Assembly: GCA_000388065.2 (NCBI GenBank)
Contig: KB932201.1
DNA length: 64,000 nt
From: Fonticula alba ATCC 38817
Lineage: Eukaryota; Protista; Nucleariida
Direction: 5' to 3' (one strand)
Shown: piece by piece, positions 59,913 through 64,000 of the stretch
Layout of the letters: the number at the start of each line of letters is the position of its first letter
How positions within the stretch are numbered: the first letter of the stretch is position 1
Program-made: the position numbers and the translations under genes
Notes under the pieces: generated by a model
The model's input: only the letters and a program-made list of their open reading frames with translations
What the model was told of the DNA's origin: nothing
The model's database searches: none

Positions 59913-62900
59913 GAGAGCCAGGCCTCGGGGGGGGGGGGGGGGGGGGGGGGGGGAGCACGCCCTCGGCCCTTCTCCTCTCCCCCGCGCTTTTTTTTTCCAG
60001 GGGGGGTCCTTAGCGCGGGGGGGTTCCCCTTCTCCCCCCCCCCCCCTTGTGGATGTGTGCATATGGCATGTGAGGAAGAAGAAACGGGTCTTGACATAGA
60101 GCGGACCCCCCTCCCCTGTCGCGCTTGTGGTAGATGCATGCGTGTGCGCGTGCCCATTGGCTCCCACGCACATACACATGCATATGCACGCCGCACATGC
60201 ACCACATGCCCCCATGCGGGGGGAGATCGCGAGCCGACTGCGACACCTCGCCCCCCACACAACACCATCCCCTCGAGGAGGCTCGCGCCTCGTCCAGTGC
60301 GCACCAAGGCCCGTGTCGCGCACACGCACATGCCCTGTCGAAAGGCTGTGTCCGGCGCTTTTGCTTTCCCGGCACATATGGCTGGGCGCCTGGGCAGGAG
60401 CATGCTCCGGAGGGGGGGTGCGTCCCGCCGCCCTCGCGTCCATTTGCACGTTTGGCCCCATGTGGGCGCGCGCGCGTGCAATGGTCAGGTAACAACCGCC
60501 ACGCCTGGGGGTGGCCCTTCACATATGCGTCTTTTTGTGTATTTCAAATGACCTCGGCTTGTCGGAATCGCGCCAGACGTGATGAGCGAAGCCAAAAAGG
60601 AGAGACCCTCTCTCCGCCCCCACTCCCCCTTGTCCATCTTCCCTCTCTCCTCCTCTCTCTCTCCCTCTCTCTCTCTCTCTCCCTCTCTCTCTCTCTCCCT
60701 CTTTCTCTCTCTCTCTCTCTTAATATACCAGTTCAATGTCCATCGTTGGCGCCCTGCCTGGGGATGCTTTTGTCCCCATGCACGCGACAGAGATGATGGG
60801 GGGGGGGCAGGAGAGTAGGGCGAAGGCAGTCCCAGAGTGACCCCTGAAAGACAGAGGCTAGCTGGGGGAGAGGGAGGGAGGCATGCCGGCCATTGGCGGT
60901 AATGTGATTGTGGGCTCGATTCGGGGAGTGGAGGAGGCAGCAAAGCAGCCTCCTGCTTGGAAAAAGCGGCCAGGGCGGGAGGTGGAAGGCACGACACCTC
61001 AGGGCTAACTACGGGGGAGGGGGGGAGGGGGGGACGGGCCCAAGTTGCGAACATCACACAAAGGCAAGAGCGGGTGCTGGACCTGCGCTCGGGTCTGGGC
61101 GCGGCCTATTCGAGCAATTAACCAGCGCTACCCGGGCCGTTGCGGAGAAGTCGGCCCTCCCCCCCCCCCCCCCAGAGGACGGACATGCAATGCGGGACCC
61201 GGAGAACACTGGCCATGGGCCAGAAGTTGATGGCTGACCCGAGCCTGGGGGGAGGGGCGACCGACCGACCGGCCAGCAACAGTGCGGCGAGTCCCCTGGC
61301 GACCTCATTGTTCCAGCTTTGAATTTTTACCCGGGGCGAACGAGGAAAGAGTTGACCACGCCGGGCTATTCCACGAAGCCCCCCCCCCCGCCCGCCCCCC
61401 GCCCCCCCGGGGGAGAGGAGGGCGGTCGTCTGCGGGTCGGTGTTCCAGCACCCGGGAGGAAGGAGCGTGATGGCAAGAAGGAACCGCACCTCAGGGCGCG
61501 GTACATTCTCGGGGCGACCGAGGGAATGTGCCGGCCTTCGGCGGGGCGCCGGCTGCCGGGAGGGGCGGGGCGGGGGGACCATTTTACAACGTCCCACTCC
61601 CCCCGCGGGGCGCGCCTGGGAAAGCCCACCCCACGCGCGTGGATGAGCCCATATATTTGTGGGATATTTTATCCGACACACGCACACACGCGCGCGCGCG
61701 CGCACACCAGCAGTGCACACCACATGCAGGCGGGCATGCGGGATGATGGACACAAGCGTGCGCAAGGGTGTCCATGGGCGCAGGGACGGGCGAGGGGCGG
61801 GTGGGGGGATATGGGCCGTGTCACTGCGCCCAGGAGCCGAGGCCCACGACCCGACTGGCCGCTGAAACACCGACACTTTAAGGTCCCCACAGTGCAGCGG
61901 GGGCGCTTTGTGAGGCGTCTCGGAGGCCCGGATGGGCACCGCCCCGGGGCGCCAACTCTCGGCAGCCTGGCGTCTGAGTCCGAGGTGTGAAGGTGTACGA
62001 GGGTGTCCTGCTGGCCTCGCTTGTCCGGACACAGTGGGCCGGCCGCTCGGGCGTGCGGGTAAACATCCAGCGTCTCTCCAAGCACCCGGGGCCGGGGGAA
62101 GGGGGACCGCCCTGCGGGGCGGGGGGCCTGTCCGGGCTTGGGCGCCCCTGATGAGGGCGTAGCCGAAGGCACTACTCGGGGGCGGGGGGGGGGGGGGGGA
62201 GGGGAGGGAAGCACGCAGCGGCGCCCTGTCACCGCTATTGCACCACACCGGGGGTGTCCCTCGCCGGGACCCGAGAAGGAGAGAGAGAGAGAGAGAGGGA
62301 GAGACAAGCACCCGGTTGCGCCCTGCTCGGCCGTTGCCCGCGGCAGCTCCGTCGGCGATCTCCCCCCCCCCCCTCCTCCGCCCACTGGGGAGGCAAGTCC
62401 GGCCGCTGGCGCTCCTCCCAGGAGCGAGGCGAGGCCTCCTGGGGCCGGGACGACGGCGACGAGGCCAATGTGCCAATTGATGAGGACCCCTACTGTGGTG
62501 GATGCGGAGCCGACCCTCCGGGCGGCTTCCTTCCGCCCGTCAACAAGCCCCGACTTGCCTGGGGGGGGGGGGGGGGGGGCGCAAGAACCGAGGGCCGGGG
62601 CCCCCCGCGCCTCAGGACAGTGGGGAGGGGGGTTCCGGGAACCGGCTTCGTCGGGCACAGGGCCCAGGCCGTCCGCGGCGTTCGGCGCGGCACCTCCTTT
62701 CTGTAAGCGGGACAGCCATTACACACTGGCCTTTGGTGTCTCGTGTGGGGGGGGAACTTATCGGCGTTGGAGAAGACGCCCAGCGCACAAGCCACTCTCC
62801 TGGCCCCCCGCCCCAGGGCGGCCCCCTCTCCGGGCTGGGGGCCAGGAGGGGGGGGGGCCTGGTGGCAGCGGCCCGGATGGACGAGGTAACGGGCAACGTT

Positions 62901-64000
62901 CAGCGCCTCCCGCGTCAGCCGCCTCACATTGGCCTTCGCGCCTGGCTGGGCTCTCGGCCGCCGCTCCGGCGTCCGGCGGATCCGGCCGCGTCCACGCCCT
63001 TGTGACTCATCCATCCTCAGAGGGGTTGGAGCTGAGCACGTCGACCGGGGCAACAAGACCCGAGACTCGGCCACTGGTTCCTATAACCACTTCAGCGGCG
63101 AAGCGCCCGTGAGGAAGCGGCAAGACGCGGCGGGGGGCAGCAACAGCAGCCGGGGGGGGGGGGGGGGCCATGTGCACAACCCTGCGCCCTCCCCAGGCTG
63201 TCCGAGGGTCCAACACGCCCGTGGGGGCGGGGCAGGCGGACAAAGTGGAACGGTGAGCCCGCGGGGAACGGCTGCGCCGGACCTCGCGCGGGACAGAGAC
63301 ACACCGGACTCCTCCCAAGGGGGCGGCGGTCGGGAGCCGCGACCGGGCGCCTATGGGGGGGGGGGGAGGGGGGGGGAAAGACCCGCCCTGAGGAACGACA
63401 ACAGGAAAGCGCCTTTCACCGCAGGTCACCCAGTGCCGGAGGAGCGGCAATTACACCTGGCCGGCTTCCGGGAAGGGGCGGCCGGCATCAGGCCCGTATG
63501 ACGCCGGCGGGACTGCACGGGGCGAAGTTGGGGAGCGGGCCCAGCCTCCGGGGGGACGGCGGGGGGCTCACATGGACTCCGGTCCCGAGGCGCAGATGTC
63601 TGTGCTTGTGTGTGCGGACATGTTTGGCGACTACGCCGGCTTGCACGACTCTGTCTCGGCCTGGCGGCTAATCTCCCGCCTCGGTGACAGGCATGTGTGG
63701 GCACCTCAGCACGAGCGAGGGAGCATCGAGGCCACAGACCCCCGCCCCTGCAGCAGCCGGGGACGTAACCAAGAGGCGCGCCCCGCGCCAGGCTCATCCG
63801 AGGGAGCTGGGGCCAGCTCGCTGTGGGACCGCGAATGACCCCGGCCGTGCCGGCAGGGCGTCCGACTCGCACGCAAGCATCATCCCCATCCATCAGTCTG
63901 GCCCCCCTGCCCCATGCGGAGGCGCCGCGATCTGGCAGCCCTCCGCCCGGCCCCGCCCCGCGGCACTGTCCGGCCGGCAGGCTCTTCCCCCCCCCCCCCC

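Overview
This is a GC-rich, intron-rich eukaryotic locus, not a prokaryotic one. Spliceosomal introns have GTACGT/GTGCGT/GTATGT donors and YAG acceptors, and are filled with poly-C, (CT)n and (CA)n. There are five N gaps. The style resembles a unicellular opisthokont such as Fonticula, but that is inference only. About 15 genes can be rebuilt by hand: a membrane-anchored M24 peptidase (partial), VPS36, a Bud21/NOL7-like protein, condensin CAP-G, a 1379-aa ligase-kinase-2H RNA-repair enzyme, RPS8, a CMTR1-like cap methyltransferase, RPS21, XPF, class 2 DHODH, an UNC119-like protein, an orphan multi-exon membrane protein, a TTLL ligase, an intronless IQ-BAG protein and a PY-tailed membrane protein. 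The best candidate for something new is the RNA-repair enzyme. It has the fungal Trl1 domain order, but its ligase motifs read like bacterial/phage Rnl1-type ligases, and it carries an apparent dead P-loop module before the intact kinase. Other leads are a ~490-aa Pro-Tyr extension on Vps36, a degenerate SAM loop in the CMTR1-like protein, an in-frame TAG inside a polyGln tract, and a degenerate IQ motif before the BAG domain. No rRNA, tRNA, CRISPR array or mobile element was recognised. All homology calls come from recalled motifs; no search was run.
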